A stretch of DNA of 60,584 nt from Clostridia bacterium (lineage in GTDB: Bacteria > Bacillota > Peptococcia > Peptococcales > BICA1-8): assembly GCA_030154225.1 (NCBI GenBank), contig JASKKI010000006.1, forward strand, positions 1 to 60,584, written 5' to 3'. Below the pieces are notes generated by a model. The model did not search any database. It saw only the letters and a program-made list of their open reading frames with translations, and was not told the origin of the DNA. Below are positions 9,640 to 19,629 of this stretch, in pieces. Position 1 is the stretch's first letter. Every line of letters starts with the position of its first letter. Position numbers and translations under genes: made by a program.

Positions 9640-10944
9640 TTATTTAATGATTTCATTAATAAAAGATTGTACAGAATTATTAACAACAATTAAATCAATA
9701 TTTAATTGCCGGCTTATGTCATCGGGCCTTAAACCATCTAAGAATAAATAATCATCCTGTTTGAGCATAATATCCGAAATAATAACTTTTGAACCCGGTG
9801 GGCTACCTTTCAACCCCTCTAAAAGGTCAAAGCCGGTTAATAAACCGCAAACAGTAACTCTTGGTCCAAAAAATTGATTATTAACTACCAGTAGTTTTAA
9901 TTTTAAACCTTTAATTTTATTCAATTCCTTTATTATTGGTTCCAAAACATACTTGCCCGATTGACTGGTTACAACTGTAAACTCATTTTCCTTAACCACA
10001 GAAGGGAGAGAATTTTTCACTTTTTCAAAGTCATGGATAAATAATCTACTTAGACCTATACCATTTTCAGTTTGAGGAAAATCCTCATATGCTTCCAATT
10101 CAGGAAAATCTTTTCTAGCTTGAATATAAATTTCATCAGCTAAAAATACAAAAGTGTAATCAAATTTTTCTTTAAAGTATTTCTGTTTTTCTGAAATTTT
10201 ACTTATTAATTTTCGAGCATAATCCTGACTAAACACAGGAAATTTTTCTAAGTCTTTTCTGAATTTTGTCACACCAACCGGTACTATTGCCAAAGAACTT
10301 ACTCCAGGCCATAATGTACTTAAATCTTCAATTGTTTTATCTAAATATTCTCCATCGTTAATACCGGGACATAAAACAACCTGGGTATGGATATTTATTC
10401 CAGCCTCAATTAAATAATTTAATTGTTCCAGTATTTTACCCCCTTTAGGATTTCCTAAAAGTTGAATCCTTAATTGGGGATCGGTAGTATGTACTGATAC
10501 ATACAACGGACTTAAATGTAATTTTTTTATTCGTTCTAAATCCGAGGACTTTAGATTTGTGAGGGTAATAAAATTACCTTGTAAAAATGAAAGTCTGTAA
10601 TCATCATCCTTTACATATAAAGATGACCTCATAGCAGGTGCCATTTGTTCGATAAAACAAAACATGCATTTATTCTGACAACTACGAATTTTATCAAACA
10701 CAGCCTGTTCAAAAATTACACCTAAATTTTCATCAATATCCTTTTCAATTTTAAAAAGTATTTTTCCTTTATCTTTACTTTCAATCATTAAATTTATTTC
10801 TTCATCAGCCCACAAAAATTGAAAATGAATTAAGTCCAGAGGTTGAATACCATTTACTTCCAATATTTTATCACCCGGTTCTAAACCCAGATCCGAGGCT
10901 AAAGAATCCGGTATAACTTCAGCAATAACTGCATTTGCCATCAT
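9640..10944 (-). CDS. PDZ-containing radical SAM/DUF512 family protein (TIGR03279-like)
   Basis: N-terminal PDZ-like segment, [40 protein letters not shown]; conserved neighbour of der. Confidence 0.9.
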   Translation of the reverse strand: MMANAVIAEVIPDSLASDLGLEPGDKILEVNGIQPLDLIHFQFLWADEEINLMIESKDKGKILFKIEKDIDENLGVIFEQAVFDKIRSCQNKCMFCFIEQMAPAMRSSLYVKDDDYRLSFLQGNFITLTNLKSSDLERIKKLHLSPLYVSVHTTDPQLRIQLLGNPKGGKILEQLNYLIEAGINIHTQVVLCPGINDGEYLDKTIEDLSTLWPGVSSLAIVPVGVTKFRKDLEKFPVFSQDYARKLISKISEKQKYFKEKFDYTFVFLADEIYIQARKDFPELEAYEDFPQTENGIGLSRLFIHDFEKVKNSLPSVVKENEFTVVTSQSGKYVLEPIIKELNKIKGLKLKLLVVNNQFFGPRVTVCGLLTGFDLLEGLKGSPPGSKVIISDIMLKQDDYLFLDGLRPDDISRQLNIDLIVVNNSVQSFINEIIK

Positions 10945-10975
10945 TTCACTCCAATACCAATGATTTTTCCTAATT

Positions 10976-11004
10976 ATTATCTATTATACCCAGTTTCTAG
11001 TCAA
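10976..11004 (-). promoter_or_regulatory. SigA-like promoter of the radical SAM-der-plsY-gpsA operon
   Basis: TTGACT-17-GATAAT. Confidence 0.5.
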
Positions 11005-11019
11005 GAAAAAGGCAGGAAC

Positions 11020-11451
11020 TTAGTGTCCCTGCTTCCTAATTTCTTTAACTTCCTCGTCAATATAAGCTAATTTCTTATGTAATTTTTCAGCTATAAATTT
11101 ATTACCATATTTTAAAAAGATTCCATTACACCAAACTAAATGTTTAGGAACATATTTAGATACATCAATTAATTTTAAATTATTTTCCGGATATCCTGTG
11201 AACCGTAACAAATCATAAGTAGACTTTATAATCAATTGAGCTTCATTACTGGTCCCTAAAGTATATATTAAATTACCTTTTCTATCCTTACCGATATATA
11301 AAAACATACCCACCTTTCCTGGAAAAGCACCAAAATTAGGAAGGTTTAATATCTCATTTATTTTTGCTTCTCTATTTATCTGGCCTAGATGTAAATTTGC
11401 TGCAACTAATGAGGCATATGTACCTGTGGGACATAAATATATTATAGGCAT
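11020..11451 (-). CDS. DUF3189 family protein (divergent paralog)
   Basis: IIYLCPTGTYASLVAANLHLG...YIGKDRKGNLIYTLG pattern, homologous to the upstream neighbour. Confidence 0.75.
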   Translation of the reverse strand: MPIIYLCPTGTYASLVAANLHLGQINREAKINEILNLPNFGAFPGKVGMFLYIGKDRKGNLIYTLGTSNEAQLIIKSTYDLLRFTGYPENNLKLIDVSKYVPKHLVWCNGIFLKYGNKFIAEKLHKKLAYIDEEVKEIRKQGH

Positions 11452-11918
11452 CAGCTTTTTAACCTACCATACTTAGTTTTAATAATATTAACTAAATGGG
11501 AAAACTTAAAAAAAGAAATTTGTGTTCCTTTAATGACAATTGGACGACCTAATTTAGTAAATCCCAGCCGCCTAGAAAGATATCCTCCTATTACCATTAA
11601 CCAATTGACATAAGGCATTGTATCTACAAAAACCAATTGGTCATTAGGAATCTCCATCATACCGGCAATACTGCGCATTATAGTTTCATAATCTTTAGCT
11701 AAATTATGTTTACTGGTTATATATATTTTATTACCATATTCATCATTACCAATATACCTTATATAACCATGATCCTTTGCTACTTGTTGGTCATAATAGG
11801 GTAATTTTAAAAGTTTTTCTGCATTAGGAATAATGTTATCTTTGATTAAACCGGCATGGATACAAGCTGCCGTTACCGAAGAATGGGACCCGCCATAGCA
11901 ATGATATATGACATGCAA
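11451..11918 (-). CDS. DUF3189 family protein
   Basis: IYHCYGGSHSSVTAACIHAG, GNDEYGNKIY, IGGYLSRRLG..GRP. TTG start after an AGGAGG RBS. Confidence 0.85.
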   Translation of the reverse strand: MHVIYHCYGGSHSSVTAACIHAGLIKDNIIPNAEKLLKLPYYDQQVAKDHGYIRYIGNDEYGNKIYITSKHNLAKDYETIMRSIAGMMEIPNDQLVFVDTMPYVNWLMVIGGYLSRRLGFTKLGRPIVIKGTQISFFKFSHLVNIIKTKYGRLKS

Positions 11919-11934
11919 GCTTTTTCCTCCTGAA

Positions 11935-12126
11935 TTAGTGTTTGACAATTATATAAACTCCATTTTCCAAATCATGAGCCATTGCTTTTAGAATTCTACT
12001 TAGTAATAAACATAAGTGCTGGGCTTCTTGGTCATCTTTAGTAATAAATATGGGGACATTGCCCAAAACCCTTTCCGGGTAAGGAGTAACAATTCCCAGA
12101 ATTTGTTCTTTTAAAGCAATTTCCAT
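11935..12126 (-). CDS. Small 'capping complex subunit for YIEGIA' (YpzH-like)
   Basis: ILGIVT...VPIF...LSRILKAMAHDLENGVYIIVKH; directly follows YIEGIA; AAGGAGG RBS. Confidence 0.85.
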   Translation of the reverse strand: MEIALKEQILGIVTPYPERVLGNVPIFITKDDQEAQHLCLLLSRILKAMAHDLENGVYIIVKH

Positions 12127-12142
12127 AAGTTCCTCCTTATAT

Positions 12143-13033
12143 CTAATCTGCAGCTTTTCTTCCAACTTTACTGGCTAGAGGTTTTTGAACCGCACTTTCT
12201 AGAACGGGAGTTCGATATATAGCCTCAATTACACATTCAATATCTTTTTCATTTGGTAAAACAAATAATCCTAGTTTTCCTGTGTCTATATCTTTTCTCA
12301 TTAATGGAGTCCAATCCGGTTCACCTGTTTCCAACTTATTTCCTACTAAAACAGATACATCATGAAGAATAGCCTGTCTTTGACCAAGATTATTTAAAGT
12401 AGCTCTGGCATTATCATCTTTAGGATGGATTACCACCCCTATCCCTTCTCGTAAAATTTTTTCCCTTGCATTTTTAAGACCTACATTCATAATTACTATG
12501 TTATCAACCATTAATAAAGAATTTTGAAAATGAAGCTTACCAGGTTTAACAATAGCTATATCTCGAACAAACTCCCCACCCATTAAAAAACCGGAAAGAA
12601 AAATAGTTATTAAACCGGCTAATGCACCTATCAAGAGACCGAATAAAATGGCAAATCCGGTAGTTGTTAAAGAAACTAGCATTACCAAGTAATTTCTGGC
12701 TTCAAAAACTTTTGCAATTCCTTCAATATAATCTAACCCCCGTGCAACCAAAGCATACTCTTCAAGTTTTGTTAGAGTTTCCCTTTCCATATTTCTTATT
12801 TCTCTAAATTGTTGTGCTGCCAAAACTAAAAAAGTAACTGCAGTAAACTCTTTTTCTAATAATGCAGGAATTGCTAAAGAAGCTAAAGAAGCAGCAATAA
12901 CTCCCAAGGAGATATGGGTTACATAACCATGGGGGTAAGATGGATATGAACGATAATCATTCCTTAACATATATAATCTAGCAATAATTCCTGCACCAAT
13001 ACCCAGTATAACTATTTGTGAGTACTTATCCAT
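12143..13033 (-). CDS. YIEGIA family membrane protein (SeaA/YphB-like)
   Basis: DYRSYPSYPHG, QQFREIRNMER, and the literal YIEGIAKVFEARNY motif. Confidence 0.93.
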   Translation of the reverse strand: MDKYSQIVILGIGAGIIARLYMLRNDYRSYPSYPHGYVTHISLGVIAASLASLAIPALLEKEFTAVTFLVLAAQQFREIRNMERETLTKLEEYALVARGLDYIEGIAKVFEARNYLVMLVSLTTTGFAILFGLLIGALAGLITIFLSGFLMGGEFVRDIAIVKPGKLHFQNSLLMVDNIVIMNVGLKNAREKILREGIGVVIHPKDDNARATLNNLGQRQAILHDVSVLVGNKLETGEPDWTPLMRKDIDTGKLGLFVLPNEKDIECVIEAIYRTPVLESAVQKPLASKVGRKAAD

Positions 13034-13038
13034 ATTTT

Positions 13039-14229
13039 TTAATTCTTTTTCCTTTTAAAATTACCTAAAAAACTGGTAAATTCTTTGCCAATTCCTTTAA
13101 CCCTATCCAGCGACCCTTTCAGACTACCTGAGCTAAGGAACAAAAAGCCAATTGCTCCCACTATAAATATGATAAGTATCCAAACTATAGATGAACCTGT
13201 TTTACCTGTTCTTTGCCAGGTTCTGGCTGGACCTGCTTCTAACCCTAAAAACTCGGGTAGTAAAGAAGCAAAGGCAATGGCACCGTTATTTGCTGCTTGT
13301 AAAGAATTGGTATGGGTCCCTACTTCAATTAAAATTGAATTAGGTGCAAGATCTTGATTATAATTACCCTTTGCGATAAAAATTCCTTTTATTAACCCCG
13401 GTTTTTTCTTATCATAAAAAGCTTTAATTTTTTTAGCAAAATCTAAATTAGACTGCATATTTTGATTTTGCCTGCCAACTACCAGGCGCACCTGAGTAGC
13501 ATTTTTACCATCAATTTTCCTGGCATAAAATTTGGGATCAGGTACACCGTCTCTATGAACATCAATGATTGTTACCGGACGGTATTTAAGCAATTGAGCA
13601 GCTGTTCTTCTAGATCGTTGATAAGCATTGGCATCATGGGGATCATGTTTATTTAAACTGAGATTGGCCTGTGTGCCCTGACTTTCCAGGGAATTAGCAA
13701 TTGTTTGGGTAACTTGTAGTATATCTCCTCGACCAGGCTCACTATCTTTTCCTGATGTGGGAACATAGGATTCCCCGGTATGGGTACTATATAAAGCTAC
13801 TGAACCAGGACTTTTTTCTGCTAAAAGGTTGGTACTGAAAGTACTCACAGCTTTGTCCCAGTCAGGTATCCATGATATATTTTCTTTACCTTTAAATCTA
13901 CAATAAACCTTGTCTCCTTCAATTTTTTCAACTTCATAAAGGGAATTGTCACTTAAAATTAATTTATCACCCTCGAATACTCCCCGGGCAGTTCGATCTA
14001 TTTCCCTTTTAGTATTAATATCAATAAAGGAATAAAAACCACCATCTGTTCTTTCTACTTCGAAACTACCAAATTCATCTAAAAAGTTTATGGAAAGATG
14101 ATTAGAAGAACTCACAGTAGCCAAATCCCTATTGGAAAAATAATTATTTTGACTGATGATATACATTGAGGAAAATATAAGTATAAAAATTCCCAGCCCC
14201 ATAAGTATGAAGCGCTTATTATTCATCAT
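13039..14229 (-). CDS. spoIIP: Stage II sporulation protein P (engulfment amidase/endopeptidase)
   Basis: YSTHTGESY, AYQRSR, IDVHRDG, YNQDL...LIEVGT; N- and C-terminal TM segments. Confidence 0.92.
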   Translation of the reverse strand: MMNNKRFILMGLGIFILIFSSMYIISQNNYFSNRDLATVSSSNHLSINFLDEFGSFEVERTDGGFYSFIDINTKREIDRTARGVFEGDKLILSDNSLYEVEKIEGDKVYCRFKGKENISWIPDWDKAVSTFSTNLLAEKSPGSVALYSTHTGESYVPTSGKDSEPGRGDILQVTQTIANSLESQGTQANLSLNKHDPHDANAYQRSRRTAAQLLKYRPVTIIDVHRDGVPDPKFYARKIDGKNATQVRLVVGRQNQNMQSNLDFAKKIKAFYDKKKPGLIKGIFIAKGNYNQDLAPNSILIEVGTHTNSLQAANNGAIAFASLLPEFLGLEAGPARTWQRTGKTGSSIVWILIIFIVGAIGFLFLSSGSLKGSLDRVKGIGKEFTSFLGNFKRKKN

Positions 14230-14944
14230 TTTTATCACCCCTATGGCTGTTTTGCTTTTGGCTTTCCATGTCTTTAAGATTATTTATTAACTGGGGATCT
14301 CTTCCTCTACTATCAGGGCCACCCTGTAGCCTTTCCCTACCTTCACCGATTAATTCAGCCAGCATGACAGCTATTATTCCAGCAATTACAATACTATCAA
14401 ATGCTCCTGCGCCTCCTATGTGAACTGTTCCAGGAACTCCTGTTGTGAATAAATATATGAAATGAAAGATGTCTAATAATAAAACTCCCAGGGTTGCTGC
14501 AACAAAGGCAGCTCTTCTTGAACGCCCCGCAATATAAGCTATTAGACCCCCTGCCAGCGGGTATATATAAATGGGATCAAGTAAAGTATTAAATTCATCA
14601 TGTCCTCCTCGCATTAGAACACTTCCAATCAAGTAAATAACTACTCCAGTTAATAAAGCACCTACGATTGCTCTTATTTTTTCTTTAGTTGTCCCTGCTT
14701 TGTTTAGTAAATAAATAGATAAACCAACTGGTATCACACCTCCGCCAATATTCAAGGAAGCATTAATATTGCCCTTAAAAAGAGGTATATCTATAAAACT
14801 TCCAATAATTAAGGCCGCAATAACTAAAAAAGCTCCTCTATCACTAAGTCGCATTCTATCTAAGATTCTTTGAGCAATACCAAAATAAATTAAGATAGAT
14901 ATGGCTAATAAAACAATTACCCCTATACTAAACCGCAAAACCAA
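14219..14944 (-). CDS. DUF1614 family membrane protein
   Basis: QRILDRMRLSD, NIGGGVIP, IGGAGAFDSIV; hydrophobic. Confidence 0.85.
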   Translation of the reverse strand: MVLRFSIGVIVLLAISILIYFGIAQRILDRMRLSDRGAFLVIAALIIGSFIDIPLFKGNINASLNIGGGVIPVGLSIYLLNKAGTTKEKIRAIVGALLTGVVIYLIGSVLMRGGHDEFNTLLDPIYIYPLAGGLIAYIAGRSRRAAFVAATLGVLLLDIFHFIYLFTTGVPGTVHIGGAGAFDSIVIAGIIAVMLAELIGEGRERLQGGPDSRGRDPQLINNLKDMESQKQNSHRGDKNDE

Positions 14945-14973
14945 CCTCCCCTTTCAATACTTTGTTCAACTTT

Positions 14974-15002
14974 TAGAATTCCCGCAAAACCTATTTTTAT
15001 AC
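14974..15002 (-). promoter_or_regulatory. SigF/SigG-like promoter of the DUF1614-spoIIP-YIEGIA operon
   Basis: GTATA-14-GGGAATTCTA. Confidence 0.55.
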
Positions 15003-15055
15003 TTAATAATAAAAGGGGAACATCCGTTTTAGGCTGCGGACAACAAAAAACAACC

Positions 15056-16129
15056 TTAAATAGGTTGTTGTAAACTTCTTTTAGCATAGTGGGATATATC
15101 TATTCCCCTAGCTTCCAACCATTCTTTTACGAAACCAGTAACTATAATCGGTATGGTTTTTAAATCACATATCTCTCTTGCCCCGGTTAACAACATTAGT
15201 TCCTTCACTTGAGTTTTCAAATTATTAATATATTTAATTATATCATTAACATCATTATGATAAGCTTTTTCTAATACCGGCAAAGCAATTCCCACTAAAT
15301 CTGCTCCCAAGGCTAAAGATTTTAAAATACTAGAAGCGGAATATATTCCACCTGAAGCACAAACAGAAATTTCTTTGGCAACACTTAATGTTTCAATAAG
15401 TGAAATAACAGTGGGTATCCCCCATTCTACTAAATTAGGGTTGGTAAAAGATTTATTGCGGGCTCTTTCAATAGCTGCAAAATTAGTTCCCCCTGCCCCA
15501 CCAATGTCAATAAATTTAATGCCTATATTAATTAATTTTTCTAATGTTTCTAATGAAATACCGAATCCTACTTCTTTAATTATAACTGGAACTGGTGACT
15601 TTTCTTTAATAAATGCAATGTTCTCTAATAAACCAGAAAAATCCCGATCACCTTCAGGCATGGCCAATTCCTGAGCTAAATTTAAATGAAGTTGTAACCC
15701 GTCAGCTTCGATCATTTCAACTGCCTGTAATGCATATTTATAATCAACTAAAGCACTTACATTAGCAAATATTAATCCATCCCGGTTTATTTTTCTAACT
15801 ATTGAGAATGTTTTCAGTGTATCAGGATTATTGAGTGCTGCAGTTTGGGATCCTACTGCTAAAGCAATATCGCATTCTTTAGCCGCTAATGATAACTTTT
15901 GATTAATTTCACCCAGGCCCGCTGCCCCTCCAGTTAGAGCATTAATTAACAAAGGAAAATCTAATCTCTTACCTAAAAATATTTTACTGGTATTAATTTC
16001 TGCCGAATCAAGACAACTTACAGCCTGATGTACTAAATATATATCATTAAATCCTGTTGAAATTGGACCGATTGGAACCTGTAAAGCATGCTTTATATGC
16101 TGCCATTTTCTTTTTTCTCTAATATCCAT
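15056..16129 (-). CDS. fni: Type 2 isopentenyl-diphosphate delta-isomerase
   Basis: RKxxH, INALTGG, GSQ, LHLNLAQELAMPEGDRDF, KEVGFG, GAGGTNF. Confidence 0.95.
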   Translation of the reverse strand: MDIREKRKWQHIKHALQVPIGPISTGFNDIYLVHQAVSCLDSAEINTSKIFLGKRLDFPLLINALTGGAAGLGEINQKLSLAAKECDIALAVGSQTAALNNPDTLKTFSIVRKINRDGLIFANVSALVDYKYALQAVEMIEADGLQLHLNLAQELAMPEGDRDFSGLLENIAFIKEKSPVPVIIKEVGFGISLETLEKLINIGIKFIDIGGAGGTNFAAIERARNKSFTNPNLVEWGIPTVISLIETLSVAKEISVCASGGIYSASSILKSLALGADLVGIALPVLEKAYHNDVNDIIKYINNLKTQVKELMLLTGAREICDLKTIPIIVTGFVKEWLEARGIDISHYAKRSLQQPI

Positions 16130-16145
16130 ATCATCACCTAGAATA

Positions 16146-16171
16146 ATGACGTAGCATTTTTGCTACGTCAT
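16146..16171. terminator. Hairpin (terminator or processing stem) between ispH-rpsA and fni
   Basis: Perfect 11-bp stem ATGACGTAGCA-TTTT-TGCTACGTCAT. Confidence 0.6.
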
Positions 16172-16176
16172 ATTTT

Positions 16177-18228
16177 TTAATCTTTTTCTTTATCTTTAAT
16201 TCCATTAAATATATCTCCTACTACATCGCCTATAGTTACCCCAGAAGGTTCATTAGGAATTTGTACTGGAGGTTTTTCCGGTTCTTTTTTTTCTTTAACA
16301 GGTTTGGAGGTTACTTCTTTAATGCTTAAACTCATTCTCTTGTTTTTACTATCGATATCTAAAACTTTAGCTTCTACTTCTTGACCAATACTTAATACAT
16401 CCTCTGGTTTTTCAACTCTATCCCAGGATAATTGGGAAATATGAACTAAAGCATCGATACCTGGTTCAACTTCAACGAAAGCACCAAAGGGAGCAATTCG
16501 TACAACTTTACCTTTAATTGTAGAACCAACATGATATTTCTCTGCTGCAACTTCCCAAGGACTGGGAATTAATTGTTTCAAACCTAAGGATATCCTTTCG
16601 TTTTCTTTATCTACTCCTAAGACATAAACTTCTATTTCATCACCTTCAGAAACAACATCACGGGGATGACTCACTCTCCCCCAACCCATTTCTGATACAT
16701 GAAGTAATCCATCTACTCCACCTAGATCAACAAAAGCTCCGAAATCAGTAATTCGTTGAACAACACCTTTACGAGTTTGTCCTTCGGCAATTTCCTGCCA
16801 GATTTTTTCTCTTTTTGCTTCTAATTCTTCATCAAGTACAGCTTTTCTGGAAAGAACAGCCTTACGGGCTTTTCTATCAAATTCAATAACTTTTAGTCTT
16901 AATTTTTGACCAATAAATTGTTCTAAATCTTCTACATATCCTCTGTCTACTAAAGAAGCTGGTACAAATCCTCTCATGCCAACATCAACAAGAATTCCAC
17001 CTTTAACTACCTCAACTACTTCAGCTTCAATAATAGCCCCTTCATTAAAAGCAGTCTCAAGTTTATTCAGAGCTTCTTCTTGATCTGCTCTCCTTTTCGA
17101 TAAAATCATATTTCCTTCGGAATTTTCGACTTTTAACACTAATACCTGAATATCATCTCCTACTTCTACCAATTCATTGGGGTCATTAATCTTACGGTAT
17201 GATAATTCATTAACCGAGATAATACCTTCCGATTTACCCCCCACATCAACCAGGACTTCATCAGTATTTATTTGAACAACCTTACCGGTTAAAATATCCC
17301 CTGGTTTAATATCTTCAATTTTAGACATATCTTGCTCCAATTGTTTTTCCATTTCTGTCCCTTTACCTGCTCCTTGCATTTCTTCATTGTTTTTCATTTC
17401 TTCCATAGTTCTGACAACCTCCTCAATTATCCAATCTGGTGTTGAAGCACCTGCCGTTACTCCTACACTATCTATATCATAAAACCAATCATTTTGTAAA
17501 TCTTCTGCTGTTTCAATATGCTTTGTGAGAGTACCAGTTTCATGACATAAAAGTGCTAATTTTTGAGTATTGGCACTATTTAAACCTCCAACGACAATCA
17601 TCAAGTCTACTTTACTGGCTAATTCCAATGCAGATCTTTGCCGTTGTAAGGTTGCTGAACAAATTGTATTAAAAACGACTAAATGGGTAAATTTCACTTC
17701 TAAAAACCTGGAAACTTCCTTAAAAATATCAGGATTTTCTGTAGTTTGAGCCACCAGGCATAATTTTTCATTTTTTAAATTTAAATTTGATAGTTCTTCC
17801 AAATTCCGAAAAGCAATTCCTTTACCCATGGACCAACCCAAGATACCTTGAACTTCAGGATGTTCTTTATTACCCAGTATTAGTATTGTATATCCTTTAT
17901 TAGCATATTCATAAGCAACTTGTTGAACTTTTTTAACATACGGGCAGGTACAGTCTATTATTTCCAGTTTATTTTTTCTTAGTTCATTATAAACATCTGG
18001 CGCAATACCATGGGTTCTAATTAAAACTTTATTTTCAATTATATCATTTAAATTTTCCCTAGAAATTATCCCTAAATTTTTCAAACGGCTAACCTCTTGG
18101 GGATTATGAATTAAAGGACCTAGACTTGCTAATGGACCTTGACCATTATTTATTAAATTTTCTCCCTCATTAATAGCTTTTTTTACTCCAAAACAAAATC
18201 CTGCATAGGGAGCTATTAAAATTTGCAA
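16177..18228 (-). CDS. ispH: Bifunctional HMBPP reductase IspH / ribosomal protein S1 fusion
   Basis: GFCFGVK, IHN, HG, DCTCPYV, ICSAT..RQ, SANT, TAGASTP, followed by four S1 repeats (FGAFVDLGGVDGLLHVSE). Confidence 0.95.
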   Translation of the reverse strand: MQILIAPYAGFCFGVKKAINEGENLINNGQGPLASLGPLIHNPQEVSRLKNLGIISRENLNDIIENKVLIRTHGIAPDVYNELRKNKLEIIDCTCPYVKKVQQVAYEYANKGYTILILGNKEHPEVQGILGWSMGKGIAFRNLEELSNLNLKNEKLCLVAQTTENPDIFKEVSRFLEVKFTHLVVFNTICSATLQRQRSALELASKVDLMIVVGGLNSANTQKLALLCHETGTLTKHIETAEDLQNDWFYDIDSVGVTAGASTPDWIIEEVVRTMEEMKNNEEMQGAGKGTEMEKQLEQDMSKIEDIKPGDILTGKVVQINTDEVLVDVGGKSEGIISVNELSYRKINDPNELVEVGDDIQVLVLKVENSEGNMILSKRRADQEEALNKLETAFNEGAIIEAEVVEVVKGGILVDVGMRGFVPASLVDRGYVEDLEQFIGQKLRLKVIEFDRKARKAVLSRKAVLDEELEAKREKIWQEIAEGQTRKGVVQRITDFGAFVDLGGVDGLLHVSEMGWGRVSHPRDVVSEGDEIEVYVLGVDKENERISLGLKQLIPSPWEVAAEKYHVGSTIKGKVVRIAPFGAFVEVEPGIDALVHISQLSWDRVEKPEDVLSIGQEVEAKVLDIDSKNKRMSLSIKEVTSKPVKEKKEPEKPPVQIPNEPSGVTIGDVVGDIFNGIKDKEKD

Positions 18229-18317
18229 ATAAATCAGCTCCTAATATTAACAAATTTATTTTATTATACCCAAAAAATTAATTTATTTTTTCGATATATT
18301 AAAACAAATATCCTTCT

Positions 18318-18917
18318 TTAAGGTGTTAATAAATCTTTAACTTTCTCATGTAATAATTCTGTTGCTTTCTCTAATTGTTCTCCCGATAATTTATTACCAT
18401 AAATTTTATCTAAATATAAAGGCTCACCTATGTTTACTTGAATTTTGGCTGGAATTATAGAGGATAAAATCTTATTTGTACCTTTTATGCCTATTGGTAT
18501 TATTGAGGCACTACCTTTTTGAGCAATTAAAGTAATACCAGGTTGAAAATCAAGAAGTTCTCCAGTTTTACTTCTTGTTCCTTCTGGAAAGATACATAAA
18601 ACTTTTCCTTCTTTTAAAATTTTGATGGATTCTCTTATGGCATTTCTATCAGCAGCCCCTCTTTTTACAGGAAAAGTTCCAACTCTTCTAATTACACTCC
18701 CTACTAAAAATATTTTAAATAATTCTTCTTTTGCCATAAAATGAAGTTTCCTGGGTAAAAATACTCCTAAAATTACTGGGTCCCAAAAACTAAGATGATT
18801 ACAAGCTAATAATACAGGATCTTGAATGGGTATTCTATCTATATTTTTTACTTCAACTTTTGCTAAGAAAAATAATATTAATCTAAAAAGATACTTTAAA
18901 AATTTATAAAGCATCAT
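18318..18917 (-). CDS. plsC: 1-acyl-sn-glycerol-3-phosphate acyltransferase
   Basis: NHLSFWD, FMAKEELF, FPEGTRS. Confidence 0.93.
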   Translation of the reverse strand: MMLYKFLKYLFRLILFFLAKVEVKNIDRIPIQDPVLLACNHLSFWDPVILGVFLPRKLHFMAKEELFKIFLVGSVIRRVGTFPVKRGAADRNAIRESIKILKEGKVLCIFPEGTRSKTGELLDFQPGITLIAQKGSASIIPIGIKGTNKILSSIIPAKIQVNIGEPLYLDKIYGNKLSGEQLEKATELLHEKVKDLLTP

Positions 18918-19593
18918 TTTCCTCCTCTGTTATTATTGACAAAATTTTATTCACCACTTCCTGTAATGATGAATTACTTGTATCAATAAAAATAGCATCT
19001 TTAGCTACTCTTAAAGGGGAAACATCCCTTTCAGTATCCAATTTATCCCTATTTATAATCTCATTTATTATATTAGCAGGATTTACTATGTATCCTTTAC
19101 CTTCCATTTCCTTAGTTCTCCGCTTGGCCCTTTCTTCTAAAGAAGCAGTAAGAAAAAATTTATATTTGGCTTCAGGAAGAACTACTGTTCCGATATCTCT
19201 ACCATCCATAATAACATTATTGATTTGACCCAATTCCTGCTGTTTCTTTACCATTATATCTCTAATTTCTGGAATTGATGCAACCCAGGATACTTTTTGG
19301 GATACTTCCGGTGATCTGATCAATTCCGTAACATCTAATCCATCACATATTATTCTTTGATTTTCTACTCCCTTACTATTATCAAAGAAAATGTTAGTGT
19401 TGTAAGCAATTTTAACTATATTAGGAATATCATTTAGGTCCAGATTATTTTTAATAATTTTATAAGTTAAGGCCCTGTACATTGCACCTGTATCTATATA
19501 TATGTATCCAAGTTGTTTGGCTAACATTTTAGCCACAGAGCTTTTACCAGCACCGGCAGGGCCATCTATTGCAATTTTTACAGTTTGCTTCAT
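18904..19593 (-). CDS. cmk: Cytidylate kinase
   Basis: IAIDGPAGAGKS, DTGAMYR, DGRDIGTVVLP. Confidence 0.97.
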   Translation of the reverse strand: MKQTVKIAIDGPAGAGKSSVAKMLAKQLGYIYIDTGAMYRALTYKIIKNNLDLNDIPNIVKIAYNTNIFFDNSKGVENQRIICDGLDVTELIRSPEVSQKVSWVASIPEIRDIMVKKQQELGQINNVIMDGRDIGTVVLPEAKYKFFLTASLEERAKRRTKEMEGKGYIVNPANIINEIINRDKLDTERDVSPLRVAKDAIFIDTSNSSLQEVVNKILSIITEEENDAL

Positions 19594-19629
19594 TTCTTTG
19601 ATCCCCTTAATTATAAACTTTATTAGATA

